IMG/VR virus record: IMGVR_UViG_3300032233_003247
Coordinates: 1-41,182 of that record
Direction: 5' to 3' (one strand)
DNA length: 41,182 nt
Source: a virus
Taxonomy: Duplodnaviria; Caudoviricetes
A program made the translations under genes and the position numbers. Of this stretch, positions 24,916 through 33,784 are shown piece after piece (positions within the stretch are counted from its first letter, which is position 1; each line of letters starts with the position of its first letter). A model generated the notes under the pieces. That model made no database searches. It had not been told where the DNA came from and saw only the letters and a program-made list of their open reading frames with translations.

Positions 24916-25032
24916 ATGATTCTTTGCCCTAAGTTTGTTAAAAGCGTCCTGACCAAATTAACGCTTGTGCTTGTATGCCAAACCGTTTTTACCCCTGGTC
25001 TCAAAGCTGATTCAAACTGGGTAGGAGTATAA
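24916..25032 (+). CDS. Small 38-aa peptide (not in ORF track)
   Basis: MILCPKFVKSVLTKLTLVLVCQTVFTPGLKADSNWVGV, signal-peptide-like, directly behind the structured RNA. Confidence 0.5.
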   Translation: MILCPKFVKSVLTKLTLVLVCQTVFTPGLKADSNWVGV

Positions 25033-25045
25033 GAACATAAAACCA

Positions 25046-25744
25046 ATGGCACCCTTTACCGTACAACAACGATTTGGTTTAAAACCTGAAGAGCTAAACG
25101 CTTTAACAGTTTTAGCTGGACTTGAAGGCTATCGCGGACCTGGAAGCATGGATCCCGCTGCAGTGGCTGCTAGTACTCTCCAGCGCCGTTTAAGTGGTAA
25201 ATGGGGTGGTAAAGATATTCGCAATATTGCCACAGCTCCCGGCCAGTTCGCCTCGGTGTTAGATCGTGGTCTGAACATGAAACAGCTTGGTGATCCCGCC
25301 TATGGTGCCAAGTTACTTGGTGGACAATCGGAGTTTGACCGCATTCAATCCATGATCAATGATCCGTCTATTGTATCGGGTCAAATGGGCAAAGTCGGCG
25401 AGTCTTTTAGAGCCTTATCACAGGGTCCTAAAAAAGGAGATTACATTCCGGTACCTGGTAAAAGCAATTTTTACTTTAATCAAGATCCAAATATAGCCAA
25501 ACGAGGCGTCTCCCTTTTACAAGGAAGCCAAGTTGCACAAACCCCTGGAGCACCGCCACCTGTTCCAACGCAACCACAACAAAAAGCACAAGACTTCTTA
25601 AGCATGGCTAAAGAAGAAATTCTTAAATCTGTGTTGCAACCAGGGGCCTCTGCCCTGGGTAGCGCAGCATCTTCTTTAGGCGGCCTGTTTAATCCAGCTG
25701 GTCTCTTTGGGGTTACCGGTTTATTTGGTCCTCTCGATAGATAA
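25046..25744 (+). CDS. SleB/Hydrolase_2-like cell wall hydrolase (virion-associated)
   Basis: LAGLEG..AAVAASTLQR..IRNIATAPGQFASV matches the E..AVa..lNR..QF pattern. Confidence 0.7.
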   Translation: MAPFTVQQRFGLKPEELNALTVLAGLEGYRGPGSMDPAAVAASTLQRRLSGKWGGKDIRNIATAPGQFASVLDRGLNMKQLGDPAYGAKLLGGQSEFDRIQSMINDPSIVSGQMGKVGESFRALSQGPKKGDYIPVPGKSNFYFNQDPNIAKRGVSLLQGSQVAQTPGAPPPVPTQPQQKAQDFLSMAKEEILKSVLQPGASALGSAASSLGGLFNPAGLFGVTGLFGPLDR

Positions 25745-25758
25745 GCTTTATAATCAGC

Positions 25759-26331
25759 CTACATACATTCATCTATTGTGTTTTTTTTGCAAAAAGCTTT
25801 TTCTAAAGGCCAGTTATTATTTAAACGTTTTTGCATTGACTGAGGTCTAATGCCTACTTCTTTTGCCCAATCAGCAATGCACATTGTTTTCTCATCAAAC
25901 GTATAGAGTCTTGTGGCACGCTTACCACCTCGATTACGCGTTTGTTCTTTGTGTGTAGCCCAGCGACAGTTTTTTTTACAATAACCCTTGTCATTATTAA
26001 TTCTTTCTAATTCCATTTTGGAATCAGGTTTTAAACCTACATCATTTAGGAAAATCGCAAAGTCATTCCATGCGGGATCGTACGTTATACCCCGACCACC
26101 ATAGCGCCCGTAAGATTCATGCCTTGGGTTGTTACAACGGTTTTTCATTGCACACCAAGAACCGTATTCTGGCATTTTATTTTTATTGCCACCATGCTTA
26201 AAAGAACTGCATGCCTTTGAACAAAATACATATCCCCTGCTGCGTAGGCGTTTTCTATGCCAAGCCGCCGTGTTACCAACTCGCTCATAAGAAACACCAC
26301 AACATGCACATTGAAAAATTGTTTGTGCCAT
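25759..26331 (-). CDS. Free-standing HNH-type homing endonuclease
   Basis: W.AMKNRCNNP..YGGRGI..LERINNDKGY..NCRWAT..Q.RNR; N-terminal CxxC..CS.xC zinc motif; antisense to the operon. Confidence 0.85.
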   Translation of the reverse strand: MAQTIFQCACCGVSYERVGNTAAWHRKRLRSRGYVFCSKACSSFKHGGNKNKMPEYGSWCAMKNRCNNPRHESYGRYGGRGITYDPAWNDFAIFLNDVGLKPDSKMELERINNDKGYCKKNCRWATHKEQTRNRGGKRATRLYTFDEKTMCIADWAKEVGIRPQSMQKRLNNNWPLEKAFCKKNTIDECM

Positions 26332-26380
26332 TAGAATAAAAGAAGTTTTCGGAGGCCCCTGTCAATTCACCAGAGACAGG

Positions 26381-27172
26381 GTGTTTAGTCAAATATCTAG
26401 TACTGCCACAAACAAGCAGCCGCTCCTGGTTGATCGCCCCTTGTTTGACTCTGTACGAGTCACGACGCAAACCGTTGGTAGTGCTTCTACCAATACGTTA
26501 TTTGTGCAAGGTGGACAAGCACCGTCCATCCTGGTTGACATGGATGCCACACTCAGCGAAGACAACAACAGCGGTGGTGTTATCGATTCAATTACTATTA
26601 CGCGAAATGATTTCTATCGCGGCGCGGATTATACGCTTGACACCTCAACGTCAGGCAATGCAGTTTCCCTGGTGAGTGGACAGATTGTTACAATCACCAC
26701 AACCGGTGCAATGAATACAGGTACTGCAAGTGGTGTTGGTTCTTATACATATACAGGGACAGCAACAATTACAGGCAAACTAGGTGCCCTTAACTATTCT
26801 GGAGGAACCGCCAGTGGTTTTAATTATCTTGGTGTAGCTTACGGTGTTCAACCTCAAGTTACCTTTGTGTTCTATCAAACCCGTGGAACGACTACGCCTA
26901 TCCCAGGTTCTGGTGACTATCGTTTATTGTTTGCTAAAACAGTCCCAGCTAGCAGTGGTATTGTTGATTGCTCAGACGTAATGCCACAACTTGCTGTTCC
27001 TTCGATTTCAGCAGGCAATACGAGTGGATTAGGTTCTACTGCACCACTCCGTAACAAAGGTATTTATTTAGAGCGTGGCGACCGTGTTTATGTTGGTGTG
27101 TTTCCAGATGGCCCCAATTCTTCAGGGTACATTCCTGGTGCCCACGTGACGGCACAAGGCGGCTTCTTCTAA
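26381..27172 (+). CDS. Putative virion structural protein
   Basis: 263-aa beta-rich T/G/S protein; start uncertain. Confidence 0.7.
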   Translation: MFSQISSTATNKQPLLVDRPLFDSVRVTTQTVGSASTNTLFVQGGQAPSILVDMDATLSEDNNSGGVIDSITITRNDFYRGADYTLDTSTSGNAVSLVSGQIVTITTTGAMNTGTASGVGSYTYTGTATITGKLGALNYSGGTASGFNYLGVAYGVQPQVTFVFYQTRGTTTPIPGSGDYRLLFAKTVPASSGIVDCSDVMPQLAVPSISAGNTSGLGSTAPLRNKGIYLERGDRVYVGVFPDGPNSSGYIPGAHVTAQGGFF

Positions 27173-27175
27173 ATC

Positions 27176-28657
27176 GTGGCAAAGCAAGGAAATAACTTTG
27201 GGTCTTTTGGGGCCCAAGACATTCCTGCTGTTGTTGGGATCCAGCCAATTAGAACGGAGTTTTCTAAAGGTTCTTTACCTAACTCCATTTTGCGTATGGA
27301 CAGGGAATCTGCCTGGACCAGATGGAGGCGAGGGTATGAAATTTCCGTTGGTGTTGGCGTTCAACACGCGTTAACTTATCCTTTTCAATATCAAATCCCA
27401 TATCCAGATGGTACGGCACCAACAGAAGGGCGCCAGCCGTTGATTCTTGGGGTTGTACAGGGCTTCCCTACGGCGACCAAGGAATTCGGCGTACACTGGG
27501 CTGGATGTCGAATAGGAGCCATATTGCGCTTTGATAATGTAACGGATTCAACCGGAGTACTGGCGAGCATTGCCTCTGTAACAGAAGACGATGAGTACTG
27601 GTACGTACAACTTGCAGGAACGTGGAGCAGCTCAAATCCATTGCCGCCACCTTTATATGTGCCCAATCCTTCTGGAGATCCAATCAAGCCTTTATTGGGT
27701 GAGATACTTGAAGATCGGATTCTTGTCCCAGGTGAACCGCCAATTACCAAAGACACTTTAAATCCAGCAACAGATAAAAGATATGGTTTTGTTCAAGCAA
27801 TTTTAATTGATGTAGATGGGGAAAATGGAATTTTAAAATTACAAAAAACTAGTTCTTTTGAAGCAAGTCCTGACAATGTTTATGTAACACCCGCAACAAG
27901 AAAGCCAAATATTGGACGCTACTTAACAGTTGGAACTCGTTATGCCTGTTCATGTCAAGATTTTAGTCGTCGTAGTTATGCTTTCATGATGAATTTAGAC
28001 GGCAAAGAAAGACGCCGTTTCCCTTACACAAAACCAGCATTGCTTAAATACGGACGGCATGAATTAATTACAGATCCTAATTCAGGTGTAATTGATAACC
28101 GTGCAATGACAAATGCAAATACAAATCGAGATTTGGCATTAACTACAGATTCAATTGATAATCCAGGTGTGTTTAATGATTTTGGTGGGCGTTATTTAAG
28201 GAATTTTTCAGCAGCACGCAAAGCCGAAGGCCCGACTACCTTTGTGGATTACAAAGCTAAAAACAATCAAATCATTTCGTTTTCTGACTATTGGTCACCA
28301 CTACTCGATGAGATGCGATACTGCAAACATATTTACGCTCTTCGTTTTGAAGAAGGAATTTTGCCACCTGAGCCATCAGATCTTCCTGTCGAAACCGAAG
28401 AAAGCCTTACTGAGTGGGAACAGAAATTGGTACAGGAATCAAATGTAACCAAAAGACACATTCAAACAATGAACGGTTTACGTGCTATGGCTCTCATGGA
28501 TGTGCCGCCAAAAAACTTTCAATCGCCCCAAGTACTTCCAATGATGCAAAAATTACTTAACGTTCCAGCTTCGTTTATTCGGTTAGAGAACTTTAGAATG
28601 CAAGATAAGACCGGTGCGTTTTATAATCCTGCCGCCGGAGAATCCCCTGCGGTATAA
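27176..28657 (+). CDS. Protein with split SWIM-type zinc finger
   Basis: YACSCQDF ... YCKHIYAL with a 122-aa spacer. Confidence 0.7.
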   Translation: MAKQGNNFGSFGAQDIPAVVGIQPIRTEFSKGSLPNSILRMDRESAWTRWRRGYEISVGVGVQHALTYPFQYQIPYPDGTAPTEGRQPLILGVVQGFPTATKEFGVHWAGCRIGAILRFDNVTDSTGVLASIASVTEDDEYWYVQLAGTWSSSNPLPPPLYVPNPSGDPIKPLLGEILEDRILVPGEPPITKDTLNPATDKRYGFVQAILIDVDGENGILKLQKTSSFEASPDNVYVTPATRKPNIGRYLTVGTRYACSCQDFSRRSYAFMMNLDGKERRRFPYTKPALLKYGRHELITDPNSGVIDNRAMTNANTNRDLALTTDSIDNPGVFNDFGGRYLRNFSAARKAEGPTTFVDYKAKNNQIISFSDYWSPLLDEMRYCKHIYALRFEEGILPPEPSDLPVETEESLTEWEQKLVQESNVTKRHIQTMNGLRAMALMDVPPKNFQSPQVLPMMQKLLNVPASFIRLENFRMQDKTGAFYNPAAGESPAV

Positions 28658-28659
28658 CA

Positions 28660-28881
28660 ATGGCTGACTTTGGTGAAATTATTGAAACACGCTACTTACT
28701 TTCCGAAGAGCAATTAAACGCTAGTAAATTTGGCTTTAGTGAAGTTTATTACAGCGGCAGTCCAACGGTATATTCCCCTGGAGATGTGGTTAACTTACCC
28801 TATGCTTCTGGTGAAACATCAACAATAAACGCATTAGGGAATGCATGGGCCGCATATGCAAGCGGTGTCGGACCGGCATAA
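28660..28881 (+). CDS. Small hypothetical protein
   Basis: 73-aa ORF followed by terminator. Confidence 0.7.
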   Translation: MADFGEIIETRYLLSEEQLNASKFGFSEVYYSGSPTVYSPGDVVNLPYASGETSTINALGNAWAAYASGVGPA

Positions 28882-28918
28882 AAAAACAGCCCTAACAACA
28901 GGGCTGCCTTTAATTTTT
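28880..28918. terminator. Probable bidirectional terminator between convergent genes
   Basis: A-run, CAGCCCT/AGGGCTG stem, then T-rich tail. Confidence 0.7.
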
Positions 28919-28928
28919 ATGTGTTAAA

Positions 28929-29138
28929 TCAAACGGCAACCGCCATTTTGTTCAAGTGTTTGCGTACCTTCTCAACATTCCAGCGATAGCTATCACGTGA
29001 GTAGGTACCGGGAAAGGCTGCGAAATGAGGACCAAGTTTTAGGGTACCGTCATCACGATATTTGAAGAGGGTTGCGCGATCAATACCAAGGAGTTCTTCT
29101 GCCTTTTGAACAGAGACCCACTCTGGATTCTTTGTCAT
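28929..29138 (-). CDS. Excisionase/MerR-like HTH DNA-binding protein
   Basis: WVSVQKAEELLGIDRATLFKYRDDG..YRWNVEKV. Confidence 0.8.
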   Translation of the reverse strand: MTKNPEWVSVQKAEELLGIDRATLFKYRDDGTLKLGPHFAAFPGTYSRDSYRWNVEKVRKHLNKMAVAV

Positions 29139-29162
29139 GACTTGAGTGTCGTGTACAAAGAT

Positions 29163-29190
29163 AAGGTAGCAAAAGACCAGCGGTTGTCAA
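29163..29190 (-). promoter_or_regulatory. Sigma70-type promoter for the HTH gene
   Basis: Minus strand TTGACA (29190-29185), 16-nt spacer, TACCTT (29168-29163). Confidence 0.55.
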
Positions 29191-29272
29191 GGGTTTTAAT
29201 AAATTTTTTATTTTTATATCTTGGTGCCATCTGAATGGGTCAACTTAAAATAAGATAACGGCAATTAAATGC

Positions 29273-29641
29273 ATGTTTTCGAGTGAGCATGAGCCCCTTG
29301 CATTACTTGTTGAAGTCACTCCAAAGCTAGCGAAAAAACGGTTTCGAGACGAAATATATAAAGCATGGAATTATTGTTGTGGTTATTGTGAAGCAAAAGC
29401 TACCAGCTTGGATCATATTGTTCCACGATTTAAATCTGGTTCGACAACCAGAAGGAACTTGTTGCCTGCTTGCCGTCGTTGCAATACGGCCAAGGGGAGT
29501 GAAGAAATGAAAATCTGGTTTGCAAAACAACATTTTTTTACAGAAGAAAAATTGCACATCATTAAACAGTGGATGACTGGTGAACTTATAGATATTGTTT
29601 CTTATCAAGTAGAATTTTTAAACAGTCAAAAGGCATCTTAA
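29273..29641 (+). CDS. HNH endonuclease (HNHc/McrA-like)
   Basis: CGYC..SLDHIVP..G..NLLPACRRCNTAKG. Confidence 0.9.
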   Translation: MFSSEHEPLALLVEVTPKLAKKRFRDEIYKAWNYCCGYCEAKATSLDHIVPRFKSGSTTRRNLLPACRRCNTAKGSEEMKIWFAKQHFFTEEKLHIIKQWMTGELIDIVSYQVEFLNSQKAS

Positions 29642-29642
29642 T

Positions 29643-32303
29643 ATGGCTAAAAATGCGCTTTCCACGTATTTAGCTGGTAGCAAAGCGGACATTGTAAAGT
29701 ACAACAATGCAATAGCAGCTGGATATACCCCCGCCGAAGTTAACGCATACATTTTTGCAAATACCAAACCCAAAGAATGGGGGTCCAAGGTTACCGCTGA
29801 GCTGCAAAAAGATTCTAGTTATAACAGTTGGACAGCAGGGACCTATGGGTCTACGCCAACAACAACAACAACAACAACCACAACAACAACGACAACCACC
29901 CCAGTCAAACCTGTCGTTCCAAAAACCAGTTACAATTTGGGCGATAAAGCGGCGCTCTTTGAAAAATATGTAGATGAAAATTCAGATTTAAATGATTCTT
30001 GGAACAATGCAGGATGGCAAAATACTTTTGAAAGCAAAGCAGATGCAGGCTATGACCATTGGATGAAGTATGGCAAAAATGAAAATCGTATTATTTCGGG
30101 TCCAGCCAAAATTGGTTACGATAATAGACAGTTGAAGTTAATAAATGAAGATTACATTGGAGCAGGAGCCAAGTCAAAATATAACGATATCATTAATGCG
30201 TATAAGACTTCAAGCGGAGGAAACTATAGGCAGCTGGTATCTAGCCTTGCCAATACTGTTGGTCCAATTAATCTTAATGATCTATTTAATACAAGTTCCA
30301 AAAATGCTTTAGAAGCTTACTACCTAAGCAACAAAGTAGGTTCCCCTTGGGATGCGTCTACCTATGGAGCGCAACCACCAACAGGTGGGTTTGATGCTAC
30401 TTATTATGGCAATACTTATCCAGATGCATTAAACAGTTGGAATGACGCACAATCTGTAAATGTTGGCGGCTATTCTGTACCTGATTTAGATATCACAGGT
30501 CGTTACTCAAAAGAAACATATTTATTACAACATTACACAAACGTCGGTAAAAATGTAGGTTATAGAGGAAATCCCCCACTTGATACAGAAGCTGCAAGTA
30601 GTTATAAAGAGTCTTTGACAGATGCTGATTATCAACTGTATCGAGACCGTGTACTTGGCCTTGGAACACCTGAGCAACCAGCAATACTGGGTCAAGAAGT
30701 TCAAAATGTGATTACGCAAAAAGACTTACAGCAACAACAAGTGTTTGGTGCTTTGACGCAAGATGTTTTAAAACAGACAATTACTGAGTTAAATAAAGCA
30801 AAATCTCGAGAAAGTAATTTAGCATTAATGCGCCAACTTCCAGGTTATGACGAGATTTACTCTATCAACTCTACGTTGGCAAACACATTAATTGGAGATT
30901 CAGGCATTGGAGGAATCTTGTCCATTGGAGGCAGCACTGAAAAAACCACTAAAAACTTAGAAAAAGAATTTTCAAAAATTACCGGAATTGCAAGTAGCTC
31001 CAATTCAATCTTATATAACTGGCAACAATGGTTTGATGATACGCTTTTAAAACGTTACCAAGAAGGTGTGGATCTTGGAGACAGTGTAGATGCTGAAAAT
31101 CAATATCAAATAGATAAAGAATTTACAACAAAATTTATTCAGGATTACTTAAAGCCACGCTTCGATACATCAAGATCCATGGATGAGTTTGTAAGTTATA
31201 TGGATGTTAAAGATAACGAGCAAAACATTTTTCAAACACAGACCGCTTTAAACTCATTAAAAGAATACGCAGATACCCGTGCTAAAACTTATTTAGATCA
31301 ATTAAAAAGCCAAGCACCTAATACTTTTAATACTGAATTTTATTTTTCACCTACAAAAAATACACTTAAAACTGATTTGTATACAAAACAATCTCAAGAG
31401 GTGGTATCTGATTGGGAAGCAGCCAAGAACGGAGACGCTTTTTGGGCAACAGAAGCATATCGTTATGGATTAGATATTAATAATAAAGACCAATTTGCGC
31501 GATTACATTATGAAGTAAAAGGTAGGGGCGAAGGATACGACCCGGCCGTTGATATTGTTTCTTTAGAAGATGCAAAAAACTTTATTAGTAAAACACTGAT
31601 TCCAGCAGTATCCGATATGAAAACTTATTTAGGAGATGCTTCTTTTTTGCAGTTTGTAACACCAGAAGAATTTGCAGACGAGTTATTGCAAGGCGTATCA
31701 CCAGAACAAAATAAAGAAGAATGGGATAAAATTCTTAAACAATTTGGCCTTACTGAACAAGGATTAGATACTCAACAAGTGAAAGAATATATCATCGAGG
31801 CTTTACGTACTGGAGCGGCAAAAGATATTCGTGAATCCATTAAGTACCTAAATGAAAAACAAAAAACTCCAACACAAGAAGAACTCGGTGCATCTTATAT
31901 CCAAAGAGCGGAAGATGTGAAGCCAACTACATCAGGAAATGAAACAGCTTTGTTTAACCTTTTTAAATCTGCGGGTTATCAAGGGTCCGAGGACGAGTTT
32001 TATACAAATTTTATGCCTGATGTTGACAGAGGTGAACAGCTTCTTTTAAGTAAAGGAGGCTCTAAAAGCGGATTGCAGTTCTTGGGAATTGATACATCTG
32101 ACCCCTTTTCATCTTTAACTAGTATTGATAGTCTATTTAATACAACAGAAGAAACAGATAGTAAAACAGTAGATACAAGTGAAGCTCCTGCGCCTTCTTA
32201 TTTTAAACTATTTGGAGACACCTCAGAAGAACCCGCATCTAAATCAAAGAGCGGCCAGCAGATACTAGGAGAATTTACCTCCTTATTTAAAGGATTTTCA
32301 TAA
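29643..32303 (+). CDS. Large putative virion protein with poly-Thr linker and F..YY..PD..HY..G repeats
   Basis: 886-aa ORF; ACA-repeat Thr tract near 29857-29899; three degenerate repeats. Confidence 0.75.
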   Translation: MAKNALSTYLAGSKADIVKYNNAIAAGYTPAEVNAYIFANTKPKEWGSKVTAELQKDSSYNSWTAGTYGSTPTTTTTTTTTTTTTTPVKPVVPKTSYNLGDKAALFEKYVDENSDLNDSWNNAGWQNTFESKADAGYDHWMKYGKNENRIISGPAKIGYDNRQLKLINEDYIGAGAKSKYNDIINAYKTSSGGNYRQLVSSLANTVGPINLNDLFNTSSKNALEAYYLSNKVGSPWDASTYGAQPPTGGFDATYYGNTYPDALNSWNDAQSVNVGGYSVPDLDITGRYSKETYLLQHYTNVGKNVGYRGNPPLDTEAASSYKESLTDADYQLYRDRVLGLGTPEQPAILGQEVQNVITQKDLQQQQVFGALTQDVLKQTITELNKAKSRESNLALMRQLPGYDEIYSINSTLANTLIGDSGIGGILSIGGSTEKTTKNLEKEFSKITGIASSSNSILYNWQQWFDDTLLKRYQEGVDLGDSVDAENQYQIDKEFTTKFIQDYLKPRFDTSRSMDEFVSYMDVKDNEQNIFQTQTALNSLKEYADTRAKTYLDQLKSQAPNTFNTEFYFSPTKNTLKTDLYTKQSQEVVSDWEAAKNGDAFWATEAYRYGLDINNKDQFARLHYEVKGRGEGYDPAVDIVSLEDAKNFISKTLIPAVSDMKTYLGDASFLQFVTPEEFADELLQGVSPEQNKEEWDKILKQFGLTEQGLDTQQVKEYIIEALRTGAAKDIRESIKYLNEKQKTPTQEELGASYIQRAEDVKPTTSGNETALFNLFKSAGYQGSEDEFYTNFMPDVDRGEQLLLSKGGSKSGLQFLGIDTSDPFSSLTSIDSLFNTTEETDSKTVDTSEAPAPSYFKLFGDTSEEPASKSKSGQQILGEFTSLFKGFS

Positions 32304-32590
32304 TGTCACAACAACATAAAAAAGCTGCTTCAGCGGCACATCGTTATCAAAAAGATAAGATGGAGTGTAATAAACCTCAACGTGCTCCTAAGGGAGATAC
32401 CCATAAATGGGTTGTTAAAAGCTGCTACGACGGCGAAGAAAAAATTGTAAGGTATGGTCGCCGTGGATATGAAGACTACACACAACATCACGATAAAGAT
32501 CGTCGTACTAATTTCCGGGCACGAATGGGGTGTGACAAGCAGATGGACAAGAATACGCCTAGATACTGGGCATGTTCCAGACTTTGGTGA
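32303..32590 (+). CDS. Small basic conserved viral protein
   Basis: IVRYGRRGYEDYTQHHDKDRRTNFRAR..YWAC..LW pattern seen in phage/large-virus basic proteins. Confidence 0.75.
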   Translation: MSQQHKKAASAAHRYQKDKMECNKPQRAPKGDTHKWVVKSCYDGEEKIVRYGRRGYEDYTQHHDKDRRTNFRARMGCDKQMDKNTPRYWACSRLW

Positions 32591-32627
32591 TATGTGGTAA
32601 TCTACTTACGCACTTCACTCAGTCACC

Positions 32628-32753
32628 ATGGCAAAAGCAAAAGCAACGTCTACCACCAAACTTGAATCCAAGCCCAAAAAAACTAAACAAGGACAAGGTC
32701 AAAACTCATTGCCAAATCACGGTCGTAAAAAAATGCGCGGTCAGGGCAGATAA
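32628..32753 (+). CDS. Small basic protein ending RGQGR (41 aa, not in ORF track)
   Basis: MAKAKATSTTKLESKPKKTKQGQGQNSLPNHGRKKMRGQGR, a motif typical of cyanophage small ORFs. Confidence 0.75.
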   Translation: MAKAKATSTTKLESKPKKTKQGQGQNSLPNHGRKKMRGQGR

Positions 32754-32765
32754 TTTGTGTATGAT

Positions 32766-32789
32766 TGGGGATAACGATTGTTATCCCCA
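32766..32789 (+). promoter_or_regulatory. Perfect 10-bp hairpin occluding the lysozyme start
   Basis: TGGGGATAAC-GATT-GTTATCCCCA; the final A is the A of ATG 32789; TATGAT at 32760-32765. Confidence 0.7.
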
Positions 32790-33448
32790 TGGCAGATTTT
32801 TCACATGCCATTAATCTTATTCGTAAATACGAAGGGTTTAATGAAAAAGCATATGCAGATCCCACAACAGGAACAGAGCCTTATACACTTGGTTATGGGA
32901 CGCAATTCTATCCAGACGGTGCACCTGTAAAGAAAGGCCAGTGTTGCACCAAAGAAAAAGCTTTGGAATATTTATTTCACGAGTTAAATATTATTGATGG
33001 TCAACTTTCAAAATTAAACCTAGGTCTTGACGACTATATGCGTCAGGCTTTGATTTCATTCATCCATTCTGTTGGCTGGGAAGCTTTTTTGTATAGCCAC
33101 GTAATTGACTGTATTGAGCACGAAGACCTGCGTGCGGCAACAGAAGAAATGGGCCAATGGATTTTTGATCCCGACTATCAAGTCATAGGTGGCCTCTTGG
33201 ATAGACGACGAGAAGAGGTGCAATTATTTTTGCAAGAAACAAACGTAATCCCTTGGTCGTCAAGCGAAGTTTTATTAAAAGCATTCAGAAATTACATGGC
33301 AGCATCTCACCAAGTCAGGGCCATACGTTGGTTAGAAGAACATATCAGCCCGTACGTACTATCAGAATTTGCCAACCAGTTTCGACTAGATGATGACTTG
33401 CTTGTTGAATACCCCTCTGATGAGCTAGATTTGTTATTCAACAGCTAG
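32789..33448 (+). CDS. Phage lysozyme (GH24) endolysin with C-terminal helical domain
   Basis: LIRKYEGFNEKAYADP..YTLGYG, ALISF..VG, GLLDRRREEVQLF. Confidence 0.9.
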   Translation: MADFSHAINLIRKYEGFNEKAYADPTTGTEPYTLGYGTQFYPDGAPVKKGQCCTKEKALEYLFHELNIIDGQLSKLNLGLDDYMRQALISFIHSVGWEAFLYSHVIDCIEHEDLRAATEEMGQWIFDPDYQVIGGLLDRRREEVQLFLQETNVIPWSSSEVLLKAFRNYMAASHQVRAIRWLEEHISPYVLSEFANQFRLDDDLLVEYPSDELDLLFNS

Positions 33449-33472
33449 TCTTAGAATACTCTTGTTGAAGCC

Positions 33473-33784
33473 ATGAAAACAGGAATGGAAAGTTCAGTGG
33501 AACCCAGGGAATTTGAGCTTCCTTTGGAGCTTCAATTTGCAATGCGCAAAGCTGAGTTACAAGCGCAAGAGATGACCTGGGATCAACTATATGCCGCTCT
33601 TCTAAACCTATACCACCAACGTTTGATGGAGTGGCATGCGGTTAAAGAAATTCTAGAAGATGAGAACATCAAGCTTGACTTTGATGTTCCCACCGATTTG
33701 GAATTAGCTGAACTCGCCGCCGCATGTGTGTACGACGACGAGGATGACGAAGATGAAGATGATGACGATCTTCAACCTTTTTGA
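33473..33784 (+). CDS. nblA: NblA-like phycobilisome degradation adaptor with acidic tail
   Basis: ELPLELQFAMRKAELQAQEMTWDQLYAALLNLYHQRLM fits NblA L.lEqqF..ms.eq..l..l..q.m. Confidence 0.65.
   Translation: MKTGMESSVEPREFELPLELQFAMRKAELQAQEMTWDQLYAALLNLYHQRLMEWHAVKEILEDENIKLDFDVPTDLELAELAAACVYDDEDDEDEDDDDLQPF

Noticed and set aside
25745-26395. A second group I intron around the free-standing HNH gene
   Set aside because: No P/Q/R/S elements, and the flanks are too short to hold a ribozyme core.
27956-28321. Intein within the SWIM motif
   Set aside because: No C/S start with a block A pattern and no HN-C/S/T terminus.
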